From contig NZ_QLIR01000005.1 in NCBI RefSeq assembly GCF_003428155.1, positions 84,312 to 116,311 on the forward strand: DNA of 32,000 nt, written 5' to 3'. Shown here piece after piece: positions 18,617 through 26,595 of the stretch. This stretch comes from Fastidiosibacter lacustris (GTDB taxonomy: Bacteria > Pseudomonadota > Gammaproteobacteria > Francisellales > Francisellaceae). How positions within the stretch are numbered: position 1 is the first letter of the stretch; each line of letters opens with the position of its first letter. Made by a program: the position numbers and the translations under genes. The notes under the pieces are model-generated. The model saw nothing but the letters and a program-made list of their open reading frames with translations, ran no database searches and was not told the origin of the DNA.

Positions 18617-19111
18617 GTGATAAAAGTAGTATATCCAGGGACGTTCGACCCAATTAGTTTAGGACATATCGATTTAATTAAGCGAGCAAAAGCACTTTTT
18701 GGTGAAGTGATCGTAGCAATATCAACCGGTGATGGTAAAAAGACATTATTTTCTAAAGAAGAGCGCTTAGAAATTACACGTAAAGTATTGGCAGAAATGG
18801 AAGGTGTTCAAGTTGTTTATCTTGAAGGGCTTATTGCTGATTTTGTCAAACACGTTAATGCAAAAGCTGTGATTCGTGGTTTGCGTGTAGTGTCTGATTT
18901 TGATTATGAGTTTCAGATGGCTAATATCAATCGTCATTTAAATCCAAAATTTGAGACGATCTTTTTAACACCTGATGAGAAATATACATGTTTATCTTCA
19001 ACTATGATTCGTCAAGTATCCAAAATTGATCCTTACCGAGTTGCTGGTTATGTGCATTCTGTTGTGCTCGAGGCTTTGTTGACAAAACAGCAAGTAGGGT
19101 TAAGTGATTAA
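18617..19111 (+). CDS. coaD: Phosphopantetheine adenylyltransferase
   Basis: GTG start. VYPGTFDPISLGH nucleotidyltransferase motif, ISSTMIRQ, about 160 aa. Confidence 0.9.
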   Translation: MIKVVYPGTFDPISLGHIDLIKRAKALFGEVIVAISTGDGKKTLFSKEERLEITRKVLAEMEGVQVVYLEGLIADFVKHVNAKAVIRGLRVVSDFDYEFQMANINRHLNPKFETIFLTPDEKYTCLSSTMIRQVSKIDPYRVAGYVHSVVLEALLTKQQVGLSD

Positions 19112-19115
19112 TGCG

Positions 19116-19148
19116 TTTCAATAGCCTTTGATCGATTGAAAATTTTTT
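19116..19148 (+). terminator. Weak intrinsic-terminator candidate after coaD
   Basis: 7-bp AT-rich stem TTTCAAT (19116-19122) / ATTGAAA (19135-19141) with a 12-nt loop, followed by ATTTTTT. Low predicted stability. Confidence 0.25.
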
Positions 19149-19203
19149 GCCATGCTCTTTATTACATAACCTAATGCCACAATAGTCAAATGTGATGGCT
19201 GGA

Positions 19204-19953
19204 TTAATACTTTATAAACTTTAATAAAAGAGGATTGTGATCCGAAATTTTTTGACTATCGATTGCGATTGCATATTCACAGGTGAGGTTGCGATACATA
19301 ACTAGGTCCAATGGGTGTTTAGCAAAGCGTTTGATGTTTTTATTGTTTTCAAATTGCGCTTGGATTAAATTAAGGGCAATACAGAACTGTTCAATAAGAT
19401 AATTACGTTTTTTATTCCAACTATTAAAGTCACCAGCAATGATAAGTGGCGTATCTTTAAACTCAGTCAAATAATCTTGAAGTTGTTCAATCTCTTCGGC
19501 GTAAACGCGAGAGTTATTAAAATTAATAGCATGGACGTTGATGATAATAAGGGGGGTTTGATCTTCAAATAAGTAGTGATTCACAAGGCTAGACTTATGT
19601 GTCTTAAAGAGAAATTCTGTCTTCTTGGATAAGATTTGTTGTGCCTTGTGACTGATAACGTTACTTGCTGTCATCACGCCATAGGCATGGTTCTTAAGTT
19701 GTAAATTTGCAGCAAAATGTAAACAAAAATCGCTCAGGGGAAAGGTATTACTATCAGTATGTTTAGCTTCTTGCAAGCAATAAAAGCCAATGCCAAACGC
19801 TTGTTGTAGACTCCTAATAAAATGTTGAAAAGCGTAAGGTGTTTTATGATTTATCTTGTAAATATTCCAGCTTAGAAGGTTAAAGCGTATTGGGACAAAC
19901 TCAAGCTTAACTTGAGTTTTGCAGCTTTGGGTAATTTGCGTCGGCTTAAACAT
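19204..19953 (-). CDS. Endonuclease/exonuclease/phosphatase (EEP) family protein, YbhP-like
   Basis: EEP landmarks in order: LLSWNIYK, CLQE, GVMTASN, INVHAINF, IIAGDFNSW, SDHNPL. Starts 3 nt after the cls stop, as in the E. coli clsB-ybhP pair. Confidence 0.7.
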   Translation of the reverse strand: MFKPTQITQSCKTQVKLEFVPIRFNLLSWNIYKINHKTPYAFQHFIRSLQQAFGIGFYCLQEAKHTDSNTFPLSDFCLHFAANLQLKNHAYGVMTASNVISHKAQQILSKKTEFLFKTHKSSLVNHYLFEDQTPLIIINVHAINFNNSRVYAEEIEQLQDYLTEFKDTPLIIAGDFNSWNKKRNYLIEQFCIALNLIQAQFENNKNIKRFAKHPLDLVMYRNLTCEYAIAIDSQKISDHNPLLLKFIKY

Positions 19954-19956
19954 AAT

Positions 19957-21348
19957 CTACAAGAGAGGTGCAAGGAGTTTAACCATGTTTTCCCCTAATT
20001 TACGTGCTCTATTTAGGGAAGGTAATTGCTTATCAGCATCTTTTAAAAATTCACTCATCCAGTTTTCCACTTGTATGATAATCGCTTTTTCATAAGCATA
20101 AGTTACCACTTCATAATTAAGAAATAAGCTGCGATTATCTAAGTTGACAGAACCAAGCATCACAGCTGTGTCATCAAAAAGTACAGCTTTGGCATGAATC
20201 ATTTTTTTGTCAAATAAGGCAATTTCGATGCCAGTTTTGGCAAGTTGCCGCATGTAATTGCTACGTGCTAAGTCAGCAATCAAATGATTAGAAACTTTGG
20301 GAGTGATCAGCTTGACATCAAGCCCTCGATAATAAGCAATTTGCAACGCTTCAAGTAATGAGTCAGATGGTACAAAGTAAGGGGTGACAATCCAAATTCT
20401 TGTTTGTGCGGCATAAATGCCCGCAATTAGTGATTCATAAAGTGCATCATTTGGAATATCAGGACCTGATGGAGCAACTTGTAATAAGTTTTGACCATAA
20501 TATTTTTTCATTGAAACTTCAGTCATATTAGGAATATGCTCCTTTGCAGAATATTCCCAGTCTGAAGCAAATATATTGTGAAAATGGCATACTGCATGAC
20601 CCTCAATTTTAAACAAAATATCGTCCCAACGTTTATTGCAATGTGTAGGTCCTAGGTATTCATCTCCTAGATTCATGCCACCGGTTAAAAGACTGTGATT
20701 ATCAAACAAGTAGATTTTGCGATGATTTCTAAAATTAATATAGTTTCGAAATGGCATTTGGATAATAGGCATGAAAAAACATACCTTCCCACCTGCTCTA
20801 CGTAAGTGCCTAAAAGTTCGTTGATTGAAATACACGCGGTAAGAACCAAGTGAATCGATCAACAATTTAACCGTGACACCTTGTTTAGCTTTTTCGGTTA
20901 GTGCTGCGAGAAGTCTTAAGGTAACATGGTCATTTTGAAAGACATATGTGCTGATATAAATACTATGTTGTGCTTTATGTATATGTTTAATAAGTGCTTC
21001 ATAGGCATCAATCCCATCTAAATAAAGCTCAAAATGATTATTACTGGTGGGGGCAGGAATGTCTTGATTAATTAATATTGTACGAATGGTGTGAGGATGA
21101 GAAGCATCAACGTGATCAATTTTACGTAGATTAAATACATGTTTATGACGTTTGCGTCTGTGTTTGCGAATACCAAAAATAAAATAGCAAGGGACCGCTA
21201 CATAAGGAATCAGGATAATTGCTAATAGCCATGCCATCATGCTCGTTGGTTTTTGTTTTTCAGCAACCATGCGAATGACAACAATTAAAATTAAAATTTC
21301 ACAGATAAGCAAAAAAGTATGCAGCTCAATTAATTTAAAAAAGTTCAT
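19957..21348 (-). CDS. cls: Cardiolipin synthase (PLD superfamily, two HKD motifs)
   Basis: Two N-terminal TM helices. HKD motifs HRKIYLFDNHSLLTGGMNLGDEY and HAKAVLFDDTAVMLGSVNLDNRS. Confidence 0.88.
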   Translation of the reverse strand: MNFFKLIELHTFLLICEILILIVVIRMVAEKQKPTSMMAWLLAIILIPYVAVPCYFIFGIRKHRRKRHKHVFNLRKIDHVDASHPHTIRTILINQDIPAPTSNNHFELYLDGIDAYEALIKHIHKAQHSIYISTYVFQNDHVTLRLLAALTEKAKQGVTVKLLIDSLGSYRVYFNQRTFRHLRRAGGKVCFFMPIIQMPFRNYINFRNHRKIYLFDNHSLLTGGMNLGDEYLGPTHCNKRWDDILFKIEGHAVCHFHNIFASDWEYSAKEHIPNMTEVSMKKYYGQNLLQVAPSGPDIPNDALYESLIAGIYAAQTRIWIVTPYFVPSDSLLEALQIAYYRGLDVKLITPKVSNHLIADLARSNYMRQLAKTGIEIALFDKKMIHAKAVLFDDTAVMLGSVNLDNRSLFLNYEVVTYAYEKAIIIQVENWMSEFLKDADKQLPSLNRARKLGENMVKLLAPLL

Positions 21349-21502
21349 AACGTCCTTTTTGAATCTAGTAGTTAGTTTTTTCCTATTAATTTAACGCCAA
21401 TTGTAGTGCAAAAAACCTTTTCTGGGGAATTTATTTATTGATGAGTATACACTGAGTAACGAGAAAAAAATGATTGGAAAGATTAGCTGCATAACTAATA
21501 TC

Positions 21503-23008
21503 TTATCGATTTACATTTGCTGGGGGTAAATAAGCTATTTGAAAACGTATTGGTTGTTGCTTAGGTTTGTGCCTTTCCCATTTAACTTCTTGGTATGGCG
21601 TGATAACTAAATTTGGATATTCATTTAAAATCTCTTTAGAAAAGCTAGATGGGCCTTCCATTTGTGGAATTAAAATAAATACAGCTCCCTTTTCTTGCAA
21701 GTCCCTCATATTAAGTGCTGGATTTAATTTTGGGTTAAAATCAATCAATCCTTCTGGACGATCTTCAGAATACCTTGCCATATAGCTAACTGGACGATTA
21801 TAGCCTGCTACATACTTAAGTGGTGTATGATAACGATCATGCCAAGAATCGGTCATGATTTTAGCAATAGTGCGCGCTGGGTAATTTGCGCTGGAAGTTT
21901 GGCTACGAGATATTGAAACGCTATAACCTATCATTAATAAAATGGTCACTAAGGCGGCTATTAAAATAACTCTATATACTTTAGCTTTAGTTAAAATTGG
22001 TTTGGTCCATACAATTAAAATCACTCCCCATAAGCTTAAAAGAGGAATGCCCCACATCGTATGAACTTTCCAACCCGAAACCATTGAAATAAGCACTGTC
22101 AATAAAAATGGTGCAATACCAACGTAGAATAAGAATCGACGATTATATTGATCAATATAGGGTTTTTCATTTAGCTTAGTTTGTGATGTTGTTTTTCCAA
22201 AATAGGCGAGTAAAAAGACTGCTACAGCTCCGATAAAGGTACCAATTTGCGCAAAGAAAAAATTAATGCCATAGCCGAAATGTTTGGTGAAAAAGCTTGT
22301 TGTATCTGCTGAATGATTTAACTTTGATAAAGAGTATTGAATCGGAACGAAATCATATTTAAGTAGCCAAATTGCATGAGGTGTTGAAATAGCAAAAACA
22401 ATAATAAGTGAAAGATATATCTTGTACTCTTTAAAAAATCTATGGTTTGATTTATCAAAGAGCATAAATAGAAGCATAGCTACTAAGGGGACAGCAGTAT
22501 AGTATTTTGCCATCATTCCAATACCAGCTATTATGCCTAAGTAAAGCCAGTACTTTAACCGGTTAGTTGTTAAGCTTCGGTAGAAATATAAAAACATAAG
22601 TGGCCATAGCCCAAGCTCACAAGCATTGTCGTTAAAATCTATCACCCCTAAATTGTAGTATTGGATAGCAACTAAAATAATCACTGCGATTAAGGCTAAA
22701 TAATCGTTTTTAAGGATCATTCGCCCTAAACGCCATACTGACCAGACTGCTAAAAGTACCATCATTTGAGAGAGTAAATAAACGCTCCAATCGCGATCAC
22801 CACTCATCCAAAGTGCTATTTTTGTTAAAAGTGCATTAAACCACGGATCTCTTGGATAGCCCCATTGCAATACTTGTCCCCACATAGCTCCTTCTGTTGA
22901 ATCCATTGGTGTAACAAACCTCACTATGGATGGAGTTATGACCCAAAGCGCCGCATAGATAATAAAAAATGACCATAACAGATAACTTGGTTTTAGAAAT
23001 TTTGGCAT
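21503..23008 (-). CDS. Glycosyltransferase family 39 / ArnT-PMT-like polytopic membrane glycosyltransferase
   Basis: About 11-12 predicted TM helices. First periplasmic loop has an acidic motif (PMDSTEG), then ...GMMAKYYTA... as in PMT_2/ArnT-like enzymes. A C-terminal ~130-aa soluble domain. Confidence 0.65.
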   Translation of the reverse strand: MPKFLKPSYLLWSFFIIYAALWVITPSIVRFVTPMDSTEGAMWGQVLQWGYPRDPWFNALLTKIALWMSGDRDWSVYLLSQMMVLLAVWSVWRLGRMILKNDYLALIAVIILVAIQYYNLGVIDFNDNACELGLWPLMFLYFYRSLTTNRLKYWLYLGIIAGIGMMAKYYTAVPLVAMLLFMLFDKSNHRFFKEYKIYLSLIIVFAISTPHAIWLLKYDFVPIQYSLSKLNHSADTTSFFTKHFGYGINFFFAQIGTFIGAVAVFLLAYFGKTTSQTKLNEKPYIDQYNRRFLFYVGIAPFLLTVLISMVSGWKVHTMWGIPLLSLWGVILIVWTKPILTKAKVYRVILIAALVTILLMIGYSVSISRSQTSSANYPARTIAKIMTDSWHDRYHTPLKYVAGYNRPVSYMARYSEDRPEGLIDFNPKLNPALNMRDLQEKGAVFILIPQMEGPSSFSKEILNEYPNLVITPYQEVKWERHKPKQQPIRFQIAYLPPANVNR

Positions 23009-23168
23009 GATTGAGTTTATGTTTATAGAAAATTGTTATTTTGAGCATCATAACAGTCAAATATATATTTTCAACTACTATTCCTGGCGTTAAACGAGGG
23101 CAATAGCCACTGAAATTCAGCTAATTTAGAAAAGAGTACTTTAGAAGTGGACAAGAAATAAAGATGTA

Positions 23169-23197
23169 TTAGCAGTTTTAACAAAAATGCGTACAAT
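23169..23197 (+). promoter_or_regulatory. Sigma70-like promoter candidate for the DUF2147 gene
   Basis: TTAGCA (23169-23174), 17 nt spacer, TACAAT (23192-23197). About 70 nt upstream of the ATG. Confidence 0.3.
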
Positions 23198-23269
23198 ATT
23201 GCAAAGGGATATAGTTTGGTGACTGCCCTACATGAATCAAAATGTTAAATTCATCAATAAGGAGATAAA

Positions 23270-24043
23270 ATGTTAAGTCAAATGAGGAAAAAAAAATTAT
23301 TAGCTATAGCAGCAATATGTTGGATAGCTATCAGCATTCCTGCTTATGCACAAGATGAGTTAAACTCACCAGGAAATATTGAGAATACAATACCAAAAAT
23401 GATTAATGATCAAACAATTGTAGAACATAATAGGCAGCAAGACTTATATTCACCAGTGGGTTATTGGTTACAGTATACTGATGACGGAAAGCAAGCCCAG
23501 TCTATTCTACAAGTTTATAAAGGCAAAAATGGTCAACTGGAAGGCAAGATTGTGGTGCCATTTGTGAATATTGTAGATGGGAAAAAGCAAGTGCCTGAGG
23601 TAGTATGTAAGAAATGTGGAAAGGGAAATGAAAACGGTTATCAGTTTGATTATTCAAATTATCCCAACAATCAAGTGCAAGATCTTAAAATTATGTGGGG
23701 TTTTATCAAGGGTGGGAAAAAAGAGGGTTCAGATGGTGCTTTATATGATGATGGTTCAATTTTAGATCCATCTAATGGCAAAGTTTATAGCTGTAAAATT
23801 CAAGTCCAAGAAAATGGTAACAAACTTTATGTAAGAGGTTATATTGGTTTCTCATTATTTGGGCGTACGCAATATTGGTATCGAATTGATGAGAATCAGG
23901 TTAAACAATGTGCTAAGGCGTGTGGATTAACGGCTGAAGGTCATTATCCATATACTGATAAGAATGGCAAAATGGCGAGTGAGAAACTATGGGAACAGTG
24001 TTCCAATATTACGTTAAAAGCTCGTGATTTGTGTGCATTTTAA
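23270..24043 (+). CDS. Secreted DUF2147-domain protein with a Cys-rich C-terminal extension
   Basis: Signal peptide (PAYA|QDE). DUF2147 pattern GYWLQYTDDGK..SILQVYK..G.LEGKIV, CKKCGKG, ILDPSNGKVYSCKIQ, LYVRGYIGFSLFGRTQYWYR. Strong SD AAGGAG. Confidence 0.65.
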   Translation: MLSQMRKKKLLAIAAICWIAISIPAYAQDELNSPGNIENTIPKMINDQTIVEHNRQQDLYSPVGYWLQYTDDGKQAQSILQVYKGKNGQLEGKIVVPFVNIVDGKKQVPEVVCKKCGKGNENGYQFDYSNYPNNQVQDLKIMWGFIKGGKKEGSDGALYDDGSILDPSNGKVYSCKIQVQENGNKLYVRGYIGFSLFGRTQYWYRIDENQVKQCAKACGLTAEGHYPYTDKNGKMASEKLWEQCSNITLKARDLCAF

Positions 24044-24183
24044 TCATTTTTAACGTTGTAACCATCAGAAAAGATTTTTTATTTATTATTTCAATAGATA
24101 AGTTTTGAACTAATAATATTTTTTACATAAAATCATCGTCAAACTGAATTTGACAAACTAAATTTCGGAATAATGGAGTAAAG

Positions 24184-24801
24184 ATGAGATTAAATATCAA
24201 GATCAAAAAAATATGCCTTTTACCTACTTTATTGTCGGTAAGTTTACTAGCAGGTTGTGCAAGCTCAGGCAATGTAAGCTATGTTGACCCACAAGGTGTT
24301 GACACTACTTCAATTAATTTTAATTCAACTGATCTGCAAACAACGACCCAGAAAATGGTTGGTGGTATGTTGTCATCGCCTGCAATTGCGCGCATTACCG
24401 CAGGTGCACAGCCTGTTGTATTCTTTAGCACCATTAAGAATGAAACAGCAGAGCATATTAATACAGGGATGTTAGCCAATACGGTTTCCACTGAGATTAT
24501 TAATAGTGGTAAATTTCAATTTACCGATATGTCTCAAGTCAAAGAAATGAAAGAACAAATGGACTACCAAGCAGGCTCTGGCATGGTTGATCAGGCAACT
24601 GCAATCAAAATGGGGCAACAAATTGGGGCACAGTACATGATTTATGGTAGCATTGCTGATATGCAATCAATGAATAGTAACCAGCAATCTTTATTCTTCT
24701 TGATTACGCTAAAAATGATTGACTTGAAAACTGGTATCATCGTGTGGCAAGACCAAAAACAAATTCGTAAGACTCAAAAACGTAGCACCTTTGGTTGGTA
24801 A
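24184..24801 (+). CDS. LpoB/YcfM-like (COG3417-type) outer-membrane lipoprotein
   Basis: Lipobox LLAGC. Body parallels the E. coli LpoB C-terminal domain (..MV..ML......V.......N.T...IN...L...V...I..SGKF.......Q......Q........D...A..IG...GA.YM.YG). SD GGAG. Confidence 0.55.
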   Translation: MRLNIKIKKICLLPTLLSVSLLAGCASSGNVSYVDPQGVDTTSINFNSTDLQTTTQKMVGGMLSSPAIARITAGAQPVVFFSTIKNETAEHINTGMLANTVSTEIINSGKFQFTDMSQVKEMKEQMDYQAGSGMVDQATAIKMGQQIGAQYMIYGSIADMQSMNSNQQSLFFLITLKMIDLKTGIIVWQDQKQIRKTQKRSTFGW

Positions 24802-25021
24802 AGGAAACAAAAATCACTTACTTCACATGTATTCCTTAAGGAGTATCACAACGTTGGAAACGCAACACGCAGAAGATTGAGCGTAAATCTTTAAACGTTT
24901 AGAACGAGGATAAAGCGCCTTGTGAGGAAAACTATCTGTTTCTCAAAAAGTGAGCTAATGCGTGATGCATGCACTGTAATTGGTCTTTATATCAACCAAA
25001 TTGAATGGGGACGGGGTATAT

Positions 25022-26419
25022 ATGAATAACAAAGTAAAACGCTACAAAAATTTAATACTTAGCGTTGTTGGTATTATATTTTTATTGTTATCAGGTTGTG
25101 CCACTTTTTCAGCATCCTATCCTAAAAAAATATCTGAAGTTAAAGTTGATTTAGCTAAAGGAGATGCTAAAGCAGCACAGAAATCTTTTAGTAACCAGTT
25201 TGGAGATAATCCAACAGAAGATAATCTATACTTATTGGAGCAGGCACGTTTAGCACAATTAAACGATAACGTTGAGCGATCAAAAAAAGGCTATCAAGCC
25301 GTTATCCAAACAGTAGCGACCAATAAAATGGCTGCAAAAGTCCAGGTGTCAAAAGTTTTACAAAATATGGGAGCAGTATTAACCAATGATCGAGGATTAC
25401 CTTTTTCTACACCTGATTATGCGATGACATTTTTATATCCATATCAAGCGCTAAATTATTTATCACAAAATGATTTAAGTGGCGCTTTAGTTGCCATTCG
25501 TCAGTTAAGCAATGCTCAATATTGGACATATCAACAAAAATTAATGGTGGAGGATATGCAAAGTAAATATCAAAAAGATACTGCTAAGGTCGATATTGAT
25601 GAAGAAAACTTAGGACTTAAAAAATCTAAAGAAATTAATGAGATGTTTAGTTCAGTAAAGGATGCTACCAATGCGTATGAAAATGGATTTGGTTATTATT
25701 TAGCAAGCATCTTGTATGAAGCGTTTGATGAGAATTACAATAATGCGTTTATATCCATTAAGGATGCTAAACGAGTGCTTCCAGATAATCCTTACGTTCT
25801 ACGCACATATCAAGAAATAGAGCGTGGCTTTAATGGAGGAAGTGCTTATGAAAATGGCAAAGGGCGTTTGGTTGTAATTTATGAACAAGGTTTTGTAACT
25901 CCTAGAGAGGCGATTAAACTACCATTATTTTTAGGCAAGCTTGGTTTACAAGAAGTAGCGGTCGCTTACTACCCATCCAAATATACGTTGTTACCAGAAA
26001 AAAGCATATATGTTGCTCAAAATGATCGGATTCAAGATCGTGCTCAGACAGCGTTGCTCGTCAATACAACTCAAATGGCAACTAAATCGTTGACAGAGGA
26101 GTACCCTGTGATTATCACGCGTGAAGTGATTCGGTTGGTAGTAAAGTCACTTGCCACTTATGAGGCAACTAACCAGGCTGGTGGCTGGGGTTTATTAGCT
26201 GGCTCAATCTATAGTTTTGTCACTGCACAAGCAGATGAGCGCAGTTGGCTTTTGTTGCCAAATAATATCCAACTCTATGAAAATCAATTTAAGGCAGGTA
26301 ACTATACAATTGATCTTGGTAAAAAGCAGCAGAACGTTGAAATAAAAGCCAATAAGACAACCTTGATTTGGTTTGTTAATATAGATGACTTTAATAAGGT
26401 TTATCATTTTATTTTGTAA
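25022..26419 (+). CDS. Large lipoprotein with N-terminal TPR-like region (COG3014-like uncharacterised family, from memory)
   Basis: ATG at 25022 gives MNNKVKRYKNLILSVVGIIFLLLSGC with lipobox LSGC. The N-terminal helical repeat region is followed by a mixed alpha/beta domain. Family assignment is tentative. Confidence 0.5.
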   Translation: MNNKVKRYKNLILSVVGIIFLLLSGCATFSASYPKKISEVKVDLAKGDAKAAQKSFSNQFGDNPTEDNLYLLEQARLAQLNDNVERSKKGYQAVIQTVATNKMAAKVQVSKVLQNMGAVLTNDRGLPFSTPDYAMTFLYPYQALNYLSQNDLSGALVAIRQLSNAQYWTYQQKLMVEDMQSKYQKDTAKVDIDEENLGLKKSKEINEMFSSVKDATNAYENGFGYYLASILYEAFDENYNNAFISIKDAKRVLPDNPYVLRTYQEIERGFNGGSAYENGKGRLVVIYEQGFVTPREAIKLPLFLGKLGLQEVAVAYYPSKYTLLPEKSIYVAQNDRIQDRAQTALLVNTTQMATKSLTEEYPVIITREVIRLVVKSLATYEATNQAGGWGLLAGSIYSFVTAQADERSWLLLPNNIQLYENQFKAGNYTIDLGKKQQNVEIKANKTTLIWFVNIDDFNKVYHFIL

Positions 26420-26595
26420 AATAAGAGCATCATACTGATAAAATAAAATATATTCAGTAATATTTTGCTCATTTTCAATATTGAATTAGCATAAAATAGT
26501 TAGCATTGAAAAACCGTAAGTATAACAATATAGCCATAGGCAGATTTTTTTGTTAGCCTTTTGTTATAGTTAATATGCAAAAAAGGAAATTGCAG

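Noticed and set aside
24802-25021. Frameshifted ycfL pseudogene in the lipoprotein spacer
   Set aside because: Translating all three forward frames gave no lipobox and no resemblance to the E. coli YcfL sequence as I remember it. Kept only as one option under the spacer finding, pending TBLASTN.
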